Shown piece after piece: positions 1-12,906 of a stretch of DNA of 64,000 bases. Each line of letters starts with the position of its first letter. Positions within the stretch are counted from its first letter, which is position 1. Source of the stretch: Camelus ferus (Eukaryota); assembly GCF_009834535.1 (NCBI RefSeq), contig NC_045705.1, positions 37,510,001-37,574,000 on the forward strand. Reading direction: 5' to 3'. Below the pieces are notes generated by a model that was given only the letters and a program-made list of their open reading frames with translations, did no database searches and was not told the origin of the DNA. The translations under genes and the position numbers were made by a program.

Positions 1-229
1 CCTTTGTGAACACTCCTGTTCTAGGTCTCTGTTTATGCATCCTTCCCCACATTGTCTCCCCTCTGATTCCTTGGTGTGCTTTAGGCCTAAAGCACTTGAC
101 TTAAAAATCGGCTATCCCATCACCTTTCCTGACCGACTCCATTCCTTCCCCTCCAGAAACACCCAGTAGCTGTCCTTCTTTTGTCTCCCACTAGTGGTTT
201 ATACATTCTAAGCACTCCTTGATGCTCCA

Positions 230-560
230 GTTGGAACATGGACCATGTCCAAATCAATCAAATAATTCACCTCCTCCCCATCAGATATGTCCATGACCCC
301 TTAGCTTAAAACTCTGGCCAGACCATTAAAAAAAGAGATGCTTTCTTGCCACGGGTATTGCAAGGTTGATAGAATATTAGCCTGAAAGTGTAGCTGTACA
401 CACGTGGTTAGAGCCAATCTATAAAGGAAGATGGTACAATGGAGAACAAGGCAGAGGTGGGATGCGGGTAAGACCTGTTCTTGATGCCGCTATTTGAATC
501 CTTGGGTCCAGTCAAGTGCTAGTGCTACCTTGTGGTTTTCAATTACTGTGAGTTGATTCA
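230..560 (+). mobile_element. Old MaLR LTR relic (MLT1J/K-like)
   Basis: Degenerate match to late-MLT1 LTR text (tttgaatccttgggtccagtc...ttttcaattactgtgag); judged by eye. Confidence 0.4.
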
Positions 561-937
561 GTATCATTTCAATAGTCACATTAAATTTATGTTTTCAGGT
601 GAATCTTAACATCTGTGTTTAACAATGGGAAAAATGTCACCTCTTTTAAGGTTTTAAAATAATACATGAGCAATTTAATAGCATCATATGCTAACTTGCG
701 AGAACACAAAATAAAACTGAATTGGAAGGTGGAAAATGTTGGAAGATGAGCTTGAAGAGGTAGGCTGGACTTTGACATTGAATGCCCTTAGAAACCAAGT
801 TAAAGACTGAGGCATATAGACAAGTAAACAGGAAGTAAAATTAGGCCCTGGTAAATGCTATAATGGGGCAGGAGTAGGGTCTGATGAGAGGCAGATAAAG
901 GCTACCTTCTTTCCTTTCTATTCTACCCTTTTTTAAA

Positions 938-1015
938 CCTTCTCCTCCTCCTTCCTTCCTTCCTCCCTCCCTCCCTTTCTCTCTTCCTTTCTCTCCCTCT
1001 CTCTCTCTCTCCTTC
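938..1015. repeat. 78-nt pure pyrimidine tract, (TTCC)n/(CT)n
   Basis: Only C/T from 938 to 1015. Confidence 0.95.
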
Positions 1016-1324
1016 ATTCCTGGTTCTTCTACTATCCTTCCCTTGCACAAATTACTATTTACATTGTGAAATAAGTAAGTTCAATTCACAAGGCACAAAT
1101 ACATCAAAGTGCAGACATAATAGCTTATTTATGTGAACAAGGAAAAGTTTCAAGCACTGGGGGCTGGCTTGGGCTCCAGAGTCTTTGACTCCCAACAGTG
1201 TATAGTGCTGAACGCTCCTAACATTTAATATTACAGGTGAACCTCAAAATAACCCTATTGGGGAGATCTTCACTATGTCTATTTCTAAATGACTAAACTA
1301 TATTAGTTCCCTTGCCTTTTCTAT

Positions 1325-1590
1325 CCTCTAAAGGCTGCCTGCATCCCTTGGGCTCCCAGTCCTGCGTCCCTCTTACCTCTGCTTCTGTAATTTCACTCNN
1401 NNNNNNNNNNNNNNNNNNNNNNNNNNNNNNNNNNNNNNNNNNNNNNNNNNNNNNNNNNNNNNNNNNNNNNNNNNNNNNNNNNNNNNNNNNNNNNNNNNNN
1501 NNNNNNNNNNNNNNNNNNNNNNNNNNNNNNNNNNNNNNNNNNNNNNNNNNNNNNNNNNNNNNNNNNNNNNTCCGGGAGAGTTGACATTAT
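1325..1590 (-). mobile_element. MaLR LTR fragment (MLT1D/E-like) spanning an N-run
   Basis: ggctgcctgcatcccttgg...cctctgcttctgt resembles MLT1 reverse strand; N-run 1399-1570 inside. Confidence 0.45.
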
Positions 1591-2179
1591 CTAACCTACT
1601 ATACAAACCACTTCTTATATGGAAACAAAAGACATGTTGAAAGCTAGAGATAGTTACTACGAAGATGAATTTCAACTCCAGCCAGAGCTTTCTAATTCCA
1701 AAGTGTATGTTCTTACCTATTATGTCTATGATATATAGACACTGTTCCGTGGCACACTCTATGATGCTATAAAAATGTAGAAAACAGTGCGGATTTACTC
1801 TGTTGTCAGTCTCAAGAATAGTTTGCTTGGTCCTGCCTGAAGCCTTTTTCTCAGCCATAAGCTGCAGAAAAGTGAATCTGCTGCTTGGAAAAGTACATCT
1901 GTGTGCTTCTTTTAGGCTGTTGCAGGATATTCATGTCCTTATGATTTACACTGTATACAAATCTTGGCACCCAGTTAGTTTCCTGTTGGCAAAATGGCTT
2001 CACTATATACATCACTCTTATCTTCAGTGTTTGTGAAAGTCAGTCAGTCAACGTTTATCGAGTGCCAAAAGAAGCATTTCACATAAATCACTGTGCTATA
2101 AGTCAATGAGATAATCTCTCAAACATCACTAATAAAAGTGGCATTCCTCACATGAAAGTTTTCAGAAACATGTGCAGAT

Positions 2180-2184
<5 letters not shown>

Positions 2185-2214
<30 letters not shown>
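2185..2214. repeat. (AC)15 microsatellite
   Basis: Read directly. Confidence 0.97.
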
Positions 2215-2217
<3 letters not shown>

Positions 2218-2310
2218 TGTGACCACATGGCCAAATTATGCTTAATGATCTTAAGCCTTAGAAGATGCCAAAATGGCTGTCTCTTTATCTGTCTACTACC
2301 TATACCTCTA

Positions 2311-2328
2311 ACACACACACACACACAC
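2311..2328. repeat. (AC)9 microsatellite
   Basis: Read directly. Confidence 0.95.
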
Positions 2329-2589
2329 TCAGAGCACATATGTGTCCAAGTAACATATTTTAAGTAGATCAATACATTCATTTCTTAGATGTAACATCCA
2401 GCACAGTGATATGACCACGATAAGTGATTCATCAAAAAACACTGGCTGAACCAGGAAGTACTATGAGTTGGACCCTAAAGCACAAAACTACACTCTGACG
2501 TTGAAGTCCTCTTAGACAGAGATCAGAGTGCGGAACCATATGCAGCTCCCTAAATCTTCATATTTATACTTAAGGACTCTTTGCCACAG

Positions 2590-2800
2590 CATTCTATCTG
2601 ATCAGAATGTTCTTCCCAACCTCTTTACCTAGTTAACTCATACCAACTCAATTGCTGCCTCTTTGGTGACAAAGATTATCATTCAAATTAGCTGGTTATT
2701 GATCTGCGTTGTCTACTGTACCAGGACTCCATGAAGACAAGACTGTACCTCATCTACTGGTCTACAGTCCTCAGCCTGGAGCTTGGCTCATAGTAGAAAG
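2590..2800 (+). mobile_element. LINE-2 3' fragment
   Basis: ctccatgaagacaagactgtacc...agcttggctcatagtag resembles the L2 3' end. Confidence 0.55.
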
Positions 2801-3771
2801 AAAATGCTATGCAAACTGAAAGATGAAAGTCTAACTCTGTGTTGCATAGAGGTGTTTTAAAAGCGAGTTTTCTGCATTGCTGGAACCCTCAAGGCAAATA
2901 CAAAATCAGAACCATATTCCTGCCTTCCCTAGTTGATGAAACCCCTTCACTGTCACTGAGATTAGTTCAAAATGAAGGAATCAATGCTTCCCTTAAATGG
3001 AAGCAAATAGGTTGTATGAAAAAATTCTTCACAGAGAGTAATGAAAACACCAGTTATATAAGGATCATGGCCCAGTAAGGAATCAAGCCTCTCAAATCAG
3101 CAAGACTCCATGTGGACAGTGCCACTGACAGATGCGTGCCAGCCCTCACCTCTTAGGCATTTGGGATCCAAGGGAATACTGCCAATGTAGGCTCCATCTA
3201 TTCCAGTTCTGGCTGGCCAGACTCACTTCTAATAACATTCTCTATCCTTGATTAGCTAAATTGAGAATTTGATCTACCACTCTGTGTTGTGGGGTGTCTG
3301 CAGATCGTGTGTGTTTGGTCTCTATCTGCTAAGCTTGAAATTACACAGAAAGTTAGGGAAAGTTTTATAAAGAAAACAACATTTGAACAAAGAACTTTAC
3401 AGAAGGCTAGAATTTTGTCCTGTGCAGGAGTAGGTATAAGAACCTTAGAGGCAGAGGGAAAATGTACAAAACTACAGTGAGGTTCAGGGAAAAAGAAAAA
3501 AAGGCTGGAACATAAAATAAAATTGGATTGGTAGGTGGAGAATGTTGGAAGGTAAAATTGGATCGATCGATTGGTCCTTGATATTGAATCCACTGACTCC
3601 TCGAAAGTCAAGTTAAAGAGTAAATGATAGCAAGAAATGGCATTAAGTGATTTTTTAAAATGGCATTTACTATTTAAATGTCATTTCAGGCTAAAGCTGT
3701 ATGTTGATTTTTTGAGCCTATTTAGTTTAACTACTCTACACTGTTCATCTTCCCCATAACACTAGCCACGC

Positions 3772-3880
3772 TATTTTCTTTTCTTTTCTTTTTCTTCTTT
3801 TTTTTAATGGAGTTACTGGGGATGAACCCAGGACTTCATGCATACTAGGCATGTGCTCTGCCCCTGAGCTCTTCCCACCT
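3772..3880 (-). mobile_element. tRNA-derived SINE (camelid type) with A-rich tail
   Basis: Minus strand reads agctcaggggcagagcacatgcctagtatgcatgaagtcctgggttcatccccagtaactccatt plus an A-rich tail; A-box and B-box (ggttcatccc) recognisable. Confidence 0.85.
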
Positions 3881-4169
3881 CCCCTACCCACCCCCAAGTC
3901 CTTGCTCTTTTCTGATGCTGATATGTACATGACAAATTTCCCAGTAATGTGAAATTATTCAGGGCCAAGCTAAAGAGCTACCTCATTCATGAAACAACTT
4001 CAAATTCTCACTCATTAAGTGTCCCTAGTATTCTTCCCATTTCAAGTTCCTGAAATGTACCATACTTCACAGTATTAGAGTTGGTTTTGTTAATATCTAT
4101 TTCTCCTACTAAAATACAAAACCCTTAAGCCTGGAAGACATGCCTGATTTCTAACAACAGCAACATAAA

Positions 4170-4380
4170 AAAATAATAATAGCCACTAACAACTACACTG
4201 TGCTTACTGAGTGACAGGAACATCTCTAGACACAGTTCAAGGATTCATTCATTTGGCACTTGGAGATGATGAAAATGTAACACAGAGAGGCACAGGTCAT
4301 ATGCTTTGTATGAGCCAAAATTTTCAACCAGAAATTCTATATCCAGAGTCCTTGCTCTTAATCATATGCAATACTGCTTC
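4170..4380 (-). mobile_element. MIR
   Basis: MIR core (gatgaaaatgtaacacagagagg...ccagagtccttgctcttaatca). Confidence 0.7.
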
Positions 4381-4484
4381 TTTACCAAAACCAAGGATGT
4401 TATTTTGTATATGCTACAATTAAACAACAATGATAATAATAACACTATTTACCCAGAGTCTTATCCTCATAAATATAACTGATT

Positions 4485-4610
4485 AGTTTATTAAATCAAC
4501 AAATATTTATTAAGATACATTATATTCCAAACACTTCCTATTCAAGATTCAGTAGTAAACCAGGGTGTCTATCCTCATAGACCTTACAGCCATGGGAGAA
4601 TATACAGCGA
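4485..4610 (-). mobile_element. LINE-2 3' end
   Basis: tcaacaaatatttattaag...cctcatagaccttacag. Confidence 0.65.
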
Positions 4611-6199
4611 CAACACATCACTTCTGCTTATTTACAGTAGGCATCAACATCCACATTATGTCTTCAGTCATTATTTTTAATGACAAATGCTAACCTGAAA
4701 CTATTGATTACTTTCAGTGAATTTATATATCCTTTTGGACTTTTTATTGGTATGTGGCATTATCAAGAAAACAAATTTTAGTAAGAATTGTGTGGCTGGG
4801 AAATGTTAACAAATTAATTTAGACAAATGATTTCTTGTTCATCAGGGTTTATACATCAGAAAGAATAAAGAAGCCAGTTAGAAATTCTTACATTGTGAGA
4901 GGGAATAATTTTAGACCCGAGAGTAAGCCTTTGATACAACAGTTCTTGACATTTGAATTCATCATGTTATTACTAATTGGGAAATTGCTGCTTACCTATA
5001 AAAGTTAAACGTACTCCTCCATCCATATGAAGTGTCTGAGTCATATAAGTCAGTTCCTCATGTTTCCAGGTCAGCACCACAAATAAGTCATTATTTTTCT
5101 CCAGATTTAACATTCTGATTTATATATTCCTTATGAATTCATTATTATGGAGTTAAATAAAATACAGAAATGCCAGCACTAAAAATGGCTCTCCTTTTGA
5201 GAGATGAAGGAACCAAAACCCAAGTCTGCTTCTTTGGGCTCATTAAATGGTTGTTCAGTTTCACCACCATGGCTCATTAATGACTAGTTCTTCCCAGACT
5301 AAATTTCAAGAGGCCTCTATAGCATTATTCTGCAGTCCACTGTATCAGGGCTCTCTCTAATATGACTGCTATTCAGATAGTATCTACTTAAGGTAAAAAA
5401 CACATGTGTCACACAGTTTCAAGAAAGATGTCTCAACACGTCTCATAATTTAAAAAACAGTAATATAAATATGCTGAACAACCAAACATATCATCAGATC
5501 CTCTAAACTTTTACTTTATAGATAACATTTTCACATCAAAATACTCCAGTTTGTACACAATGATGTGGCCTTTCCCTTTGCAACTCCTATATTTTATATG
5601 CACTGATTTTATTTCTGTTTCCCTTTTATTCATTCTAATTTTTCTTGGTTTTCACCAGACATCTTTTAAAATTCATAACCCTTTTATTTCAGCATGTCCT
5701 CAACTGATACTTAGAATGTAGGTTATAATTCCTCAATATTATCATATTTGCCTGTGGTCATATCAGATAGCATTGCGTCACTTGCAAAATATGTATTTAA
5801 AAGAGAAATGCTATGGGAACAAGCCAACTTTATTATAAAATTATAACAAGGTTAGGTGCTATAGAATAAGTAGTATTCTATTTCGACTCATAATATTTCC
5901 TCTTGCTTTCTCAAAGGAGATGATTAAAAATGTATTGCTAAAATGTCTTTCTAAAAGAAAAATATCATACATAGATACCATATAAATTCCAATTTCTAAA
6001 TCACCATTAAAACTTACATGTAATTGTATTTCCAGTGACTCTCCTAAGGTATCTTTCATTATTCAATGAAGTAACAGAAAGAGGCAAACACCAATTCCTT
6101 TGAATAACCCATTTGACTTATCATGCACTTAAGCCAAGAATAAATTCTTCCTGTTGTATTATTTCTCAGCTAAGCTGCACAGGTCCACAAGAAGCACAG

Positions 6200-6301
6200 A
6201 CCCACAGAACATCTTAATCATTTATTAAGAAAGAAACTGGATTTCCCCTGGTTTATTACAAAACCAGTGACTTCACAATTACGGTTATTTCAACTTGAAT
6301 G
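6200..6301 (-). terminator. Candidate terminal exon and polyadenylation site
   Basis: Acceptor ttttctgttgtttttcatgtag ends at 6302; AATAAA at 6257-6252 and 6226-6221; GU-rich tract (gttctgtgggtctgtgcttcttgtgg) downstream. Confidence 0.45.
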
Positions 6302-7035
6302 CTACATGAAAAACAACAGAAAATACCATCTGCCACTGAAATTATTAAATCATCTCGCAAAAAAATACCTAGTTTGAAACTGAACTCCAGATAAAATCAA
6401 CAAGTTCTAGTAAACTTGAGTATTAAATGTGCATACTACAATACCGGAAAACCTAACATTTTCTGACAAAAGTTTATTACTTTAACACATAAAAGAAACT
6501 AAATGCTTCATCCCATTCAAATTCTAGAACAAGAATGAATCACTCATTTCCATATTTCTAAGCCATATATGCGAAGAAAGAATTGCAGAGACATTCCATA
6601 TTTTTCATGGAGTGCTAAGAAATTTTAAAAATATAGAATCCATGCAAATTATGTTGTTCACAGAAATTAAAAATTCATAGTTTCTCTCAAGTTAGTTTCT
6701 CTACTTTTCCTCCTTTCCTTTATTTATATAGATCCTTGTTTTCTTTTAAAATGTAATTCATGATGATACAAACATCAAATGTTCTCCAAATCATGTAATT
6801 CAATTATCTTTAGCCACTTTCAAGATTGAACTGTTTCACCTTTCGTCTTAGTCAGTAAGGGATAAAAAAACAAACAAAAAGTATTTCTCTAGAAACTTCA
6901 TCTGCACATGTGTAGGAAGGGGATAGTAATCCCCATTAATCAGCTCTTAGTTCATAGCTTTGAGGACCAGGGTGACGAAATAGCTCTACTTTTTAAAAAA
7001 AAATGCATCATATTAAGAAATGTGATGTCACTTAC

Positions 7036-7079
7036 CAGTCAGTTGACAGCTCAGCACCCAACTCCAAACAATACTGACA
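7036..7079 (-). other. Candidate 44-nt internal exon
   Basis: Acceptor tttacttttattatttttttatcctttcag and donor CTG/GTAAGT are both near consensus. Confidence 0.5.
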
Positions 7080-7149
7080 CTGAAAGGATAAAAAAATAAT
7101 AAAAGTAAACATATAGAGATGGTCATGTTTATTGTAATTTTTTTATAAC

Positions 7150-7340
7150 ATAGGTATTGACAAAAGTCTGCAAAGAGACAGTAAACATTTTAGGATTTAT
7201 AAGCATTCAGTTTCTTCTTCAACTACTTAATTATCTGTAAGTAAACAAATTGGTATGGCTGCATTCCAAATAAACTTTATTGACAAAATTAGCCATTTGA
7301 CAATGATTTGGTCCCAGGACACAGTTTGCTAACTCCTGGT
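7150..7340. mobile_element. MER58 (hAT-Charlie) non-autonomous DNA transposon
   Basis: gtaaacattttagg...ggctgcattccaaataaactttatt...cacagtttgctaactcctg matches MER58. Confidence 0.75.
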
Positions 7341-8359
7341 AAAACACCTTGAGAGTTCCTACTCAGAAATATCAAATCTCACACATGTCAGTGAAATACA
7401 GAGAATCACAGGGACTGAATAATTAGAGCCCTTAACTTCAGAATAAGTTAGGTGATTTAAAGTCACCCCCCAAAAGCCTGTGGACTTCTCAGCCCCAGAA
7501 TGATGACAGATGAGACTCAGAGTAATTATTTTTAATTGTACAGTAAATCTAAAACATATTGTACATATAAGATCGATACCTAAAAATGTGATAATAAATG
7601 TAAAATGTTATAATTTTAAAAGAAGCAAGACAAGTATTTGTTGATTTTTATTGATGCTTTACATATATGTTAAGTGATAGCAAGATTTCTGGAACCTAAC
7701 TTTTGCTTATAGATCAGAAGGTTGAAATGCTAAATGAGAAAGAATAATAGCTTGGAATTAGCCAGAGAGACGCATCAGGCCAGGTTTACAATCCTTGGGA
7801 AATGAGTTCAAACGATGAGTCTGGAAAGTGTTGTAGAGAAAGGTCTGATGTCAGTGTAGATCGCTGAAGTAAGGATCCATGCAGCGGTTTCATTATTTGA
7901 CTCTTAGTTATCCAATGTGTGATATCATTAGAAACAAGAGGACAGACTGACTTCCTACACACTCAGCTATTTAGAGAAATATTCATTTTACTCTTTTTGG
8001 CAAGACAGGATACACTCAAAACTGGGAAACAATTCTATCTGTGACAGAAAGGGGTTACTAATAAGAAATTTTACTATTATTTCACAGTCATCTATTCCTT
8101 GTTCATTTTTGAATCTTTGACAGTGGCTCTGTGTACCTCACAGTACACTTCAATATTTAATGAACACCTATCCCCCATCCATACATTTATACACGCCCGT
8201 ATATTCCAAATGAGTATTTTCCATTTTGAATGGCTGGCTGGTCCTAGTAAATTTACACTCAAAGGATGGCTCTACTCATGACAGCAAAGAAGTATTGAGA
8301 AAGCATTTTTAAAACAAACATAGACAGTAGATTTCTTCCTCTCTTCATTCATATGACTC

Positions 8360-8755
8360 CCACGTAGGGGCTCAGTGTCCCCTTGAGGTTCTTATATTGG
8401 AGTCCTAACCCCCAGAACCCTAGAATGCGACTGCATTTAGAGATAGGGACTTTACAGAAGTCATTAAGGTTAAATGAGGTCATTAGAGTCAGCCCTCATC
8501 CAATATGACTGGTGTCCTTACAAGAAGAAGAAATTCAGAGACAGACATGAGCACACACAGAAGGAGGACCATGTGAAGACACAGGGAGAAGACAGACATC
8601 TACAGGCCAGGAAGAGAGGCCTCAGAAGAAATCAACCCTGCTGACACCATAATCTTAGACTTCTTGTCCCCAGAACTGTAAGAAAGTACATTTCTATTGT
8701 TTTCATCACCCAGTCTGTGGTACTTTTTTCATGGCAGCTTTAGCTAAGCTAAAGT
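8360..8755 (+). mobile_element. MLT1B/C solo LTR (MaLR)
   Basis: Near full-length match (gtcctaacccccag...gaggcctcagaagaaatcaaccctgctgacacc...ccagtctgtggtacttt...atggcagc). Confidence 0.9.
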
Positions 8756-9324
8756 TACACACTCCCCCTCTCCCATGTGCAGCTAGAACCCCAGTCAAGG
8801 AATGGCAGCAGCCACACTGTCTTTGCCTGCCACCTTAAATCTAGCTAAAAGCCAATGTACCCCTGATCTTCCTCCACCTACAGGGACTGCTTACAATTAG
8901 AGAAATAATTGTGTTACATGGGGGACTGAAGGAAGATAACTGGCTGCAGGTGGAAGGCAGGAGGAAGGAAGGCTTGTTGTAAATGGCAGTTCTCCATTTG
9001 AAGAGAAGCTATAAATGAATCTGGAAAATGTAGTTGGAATCTGTGTGATCAGAAACTACATTTTCCCTCTTTTGGTAAACTCCCAGTTCTTGGCAAAACT
9101 CCAGAGGCCAGATGTTGGAATTCTAATTACCATGAAACTATCAAAAATGAAGGTTGTTTTGTGAGACCTTGACAGTCTGCTTATCAGTTCAGAAAAAACT
9201 GGGACTCTTAAATATTAATTTGCTCCAAGTCACAAAGGTAGTGATTTGTCGATCCTGCCTTCATTACAAAATCACACTGGTCTTTTTCCAGATTTTATAC
9301 ACTATGGGAACCCTGCATTAGTGA

Positions 9325-10215
9325 GCAGTTCATTCATTGGTTCAACAAATATTTCTCCAGTTATGTTGTAAACACACTTTTTACTATTTAGGATACAACA
9401 GTAAACAGCACAGACTAAGAACCTGCCCTCTTGAGTTTATATGCTAACAATGAGTGACAGACAATAAGCGATAATCATAACAGGAGGTTACATGACATGA
9501 CTTGTTATAAGATTAAAAGTGTTAGGGAGAAAAGAAAAAGTATAGTAGGATAAAGGGACTGAGGGTTACCGGGTAGAAGCTGACATGGAGCCTGGGAGGA
9601 GGGAGTTTTCAGTTCACACTGGGTGTCAAGGAAGGTGCACTGACATTTCAGCAAACAAGTGACAGAGAAGAGGAAGGTGAATAGATGGCTATTTCCATAA
9701 AGATTAATCCCAGGAGAAAATTCCAGTATAAAGGACTGGAGCTTATCTGACTTTTTTGAGAAATGGCAAGGTGACCAGTGTGGCTGAAGTAGAATGAATG
9801 ATGAGGAAGTAGCAGGAGATGGAGCCCAATCAGGAGAGGAGTGGAATGATCTGGTTAGGAAGGGCTTTTCAGGCCACTGGAAAGAGGCTGAATTTTACTC
9901 CAAGTACAGTGGGGAGCCATAGCAGAATTTTGACCCAAAATTAATCCTTATTAAAAGCATCACCTTGGCTGCTCTTTTGAGCATTGGATCCAGGTTTTAG
10001 GCAAAGTGAAAGCAAGAGATGAGTTAAGTTACTACAGTCATCCTGATGAAAGATGGTGGTGGCTTGGGCCATGGTAACAGTGATGGAAATGGTGAGAAAC
10101 TATTGATTATTGTAGAATTTGAAAGACAGTATAAATAGGATAGTATAAATTTGAGAATACCTGACATATTAGATATGGGTTCTGAAAGAAAGAGGGGCAA
10201 GAAATCAATTATTTT
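9325..10215 (-). mobile_element. LINE-2 (about 0.9 kb of 3' region)
   Basis: ttcattcattggttcaacaaatatt tail followed by purine-rich L2 body (gatggtggtggcttgg...gtgatggaaatggtgagaa). Confidence 0.8.
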
Positions 10216-10264
10216 AGTAAGTGAGCTCTTTCCATTAAGGTTTCTTTTATATATAAAAGATGAT

Positions 10265-10510
10265 GCATGGTATGAGAGAAAATGAGCTTTGAAAGAAAGA
10301 CAAGTCTGGGGTTGATTTCTGGCCCTACTATGTACTAGGCATCTCATTCTTTGACAAAACAGTGCTGCAGTTAAGAGATCAGGTCTGAATTCTGGTTATC
10401 CTTCCTATGAAAGGTGGTTCTGTTACTTACTAACTTTGAACAACTGACTTTGTCCCTCTGATCCTCAGTATTCTCATTATATATTCAGGATAATAAACAT
10501 CCATGCCAGA
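10265..10510 (+). mobile_element. Two adjacent MIR fragments
   Basis: Two MIR head/core-like segments. Confidence 0.55.
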
Positions 10511-10599
10511 GAGGGATAGAAAGACAGAAGAGGGAGGAGAGCATGGATCCTGTCTGTTCAGACATATGAAGCACTATCAGCTCAGTGCAAACATATAGC

Positions 10600-11030
10600 A
10601 GGCATGGTCAATTGAATCCGTGGCTCTTAATTCCCCGTGCCTCCTTGGAGCCATGTCCTTTGCTGTGTAACTTTGCAGTTGCTCCTTCGAAAGAGGAAAA
10701 GTATACTTTCCTACTCTTTGTATTTGGGTTGAGCCCTGTGACTTACTTTGACCTGTAGACAAAGGTAGAGGAGACAGCACGACAATTCCAAGCCTAGTCC
10801 TTAGAGGCCTTGGGTGGAGCATGGAGTTTTTGCGGCTCCAAGCTAGCCCTGGACCGCCCAGCGGATGAGAGCTGCACGGGGCAAACCCACTTCCCGACCT
10901 GCAGCAGGAAGCAGCACTGCCCAGCCAAGCCCAAAGGATGCCCAACCAACCCAAAGATACGTGAGTAAGAATGAACAGTTTGTGTTTTCAGTCACTGAGT
11001 TTGGGGAAGTTTTCTTGCACAGCAATAGCT
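10600..11030 (+). mobile_element. MLT1G/H-like solo LTR (MaLR)
   Basis: ctttgctgtgtaactttgcagttgctcc...ccctgtgacttactttgacc...cagtcactgagtttgggg...gcaatagct. Confidence 0.75.
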
Positions 11031-12906
11031 CAGTGATGCAACAGGCATTAAATATTCCTAGCCTATTTTCCTAGGATTTTGATTAAAACAGAACAAAAAA
11101 CAAAGGATACTTCACAACCACACCCCGTTCCTTGTTAAAAAATCTGTCTATTGAATCACCTCCCTTTGCTTTACTGTTTTGGATAATTTAGATGAGAGAA
11201 GATTGGAAATGAAGACACAGGTCAAAATTTTCAACACCAAATACCCAATTTTATATTACGACCCCCACGAGTCACTTAACTCCTCCCTCTTGAAGTTACA
11301 GAGTGCCTTGGAGAGTTTGATAAGTGCTAGAAAACTTCAAATAGGATCAGAAACCGGAGCCACTGAGTTGAGAGATAACCTTGACTATGTCAGATCACTC
11401 TCTTTTTCCTTGTAAATCCAATGGGGAAATTAACTGCTCTAAGCTAATTTTTTTCAAACAAAATATGCCATAAAAAACATTCCCTGGTGGGAGGGTATAT
11501 TGTTGTTACTGAGGTTATTACTATATTTTAAATAAATTTAAAATGATATGAATAGAGGATGTGTGTGTCTACATTATTTGTGGAGTCTGCATTTACAGAC
11601 ATATGCATTAGCTAAAATACATTTGGAACCTCAAAATCTATATTCCTGAAACTCTTGCAGTCATTTGACATGCACAGGGTGGTGGAAAGTTTGGGTCACC
11701 CAGTGTACAGGTTTCCAGCTGAGGTCCAATAAGGCAATGCTCTGCTTTCTTGTTTCAGCTCAGAAAACAAGTGTGTTCTTTCATGGTCTAATTAGTACCG
11801 CATTCTTCTCATTTTTGTGCTTTGTATTGGTGATTTCGCTGTTTAAAATCCCCCCCACACCTCCCCACCTCAGGCACAAATGCTTAAGTGCTGTCAAGTG
11901 TAATAAGCACTAGAAGGCTGTGATGTGCTTTATGGAGAAAATACAGGTGTTACATAAACTTTGTTCAGCACTGAGATATCGTGCTGTTGACTGTGAGTTT
12001 AAGGTTAAGGAATTAACAACATATAATAAATAAGATGGCTTCACACAACAGACAAGGTTATGTATTGATCAGTTGGGGAAAAAATTATTGTGACCAGAGG
12101 TTCACAAGAACCTCACCCTATATTTCTCCTAGGAGGAGTGGTTTAGTTTTTGCTACTGTAGTGTTTGTTAAAGTTATAGAATGTTAACAACCGCAAATAA
12201 TGATAATGGACTAGTATGTATATAGGTATATTCTGTACATTTATTCCTCTCTGTGTATCAGATGTGCCCATTAGAACAGCATTTTAACTGTATCCCCTGA
12301 TAGCTCCAATCAGCAAACAATTTTGCAAAGAAAGAAGCCACTGCTTTCTCTAAGGCAAGCCAAGGGCCTTTCATGAAAAGATGATGCTAGATAATGTTCC
12401 TAATGGTACACCAGTCATCCAGATCTCCATCTTTTTATACTTCTTGGGTTACAACATTTAAATGAATGAGATCGTTACTGTGAGATTCAGTAGAAGAAAA
12501 AAAAAGCTGAGTAACTGCCGCAGACTTACTTGGAAAGCAGCATTTTGCAAAGAATATTTCTAAGTCAGTAAAACATCTCATAAAAATGAAGATTATGGAA
12601 AGATTTAATGAGGAGTACTGAGAGCAACTGTTTATTCCCAAAATAACCATTTCCTCACTGAATCTCCCTTTCTTTTTTGAACTCACTGTATCTTCTATAT
12701 ACCTTATTATTGTACTTAAAACTCCGCTGCAGTGATGGTTCTACCTTTCTCTTCCCTTTAATCTCTCCTCACCCCCTAGCCCAGTGTATCAGTGTCTGCC
12801 ACCCAGCAGGTTCTCCATGCAGGTAGTAAACTACAATTATGGAATATTTAAGTGTCACCACATGACATTGGGGCCTCCTACACATTTTATATGTGTGTGC
12901 ATAATT

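Noticed and set aside
3772-3880. tRNA-like A/B boxes
   Set aside because: It is a SINE with an A-rich tail and no cloverleaf, not a tRNA gene
10577-11074. Overlapping 60-125 aa ORFs
   Set aside because: They lie within an MLT1G/H LTR
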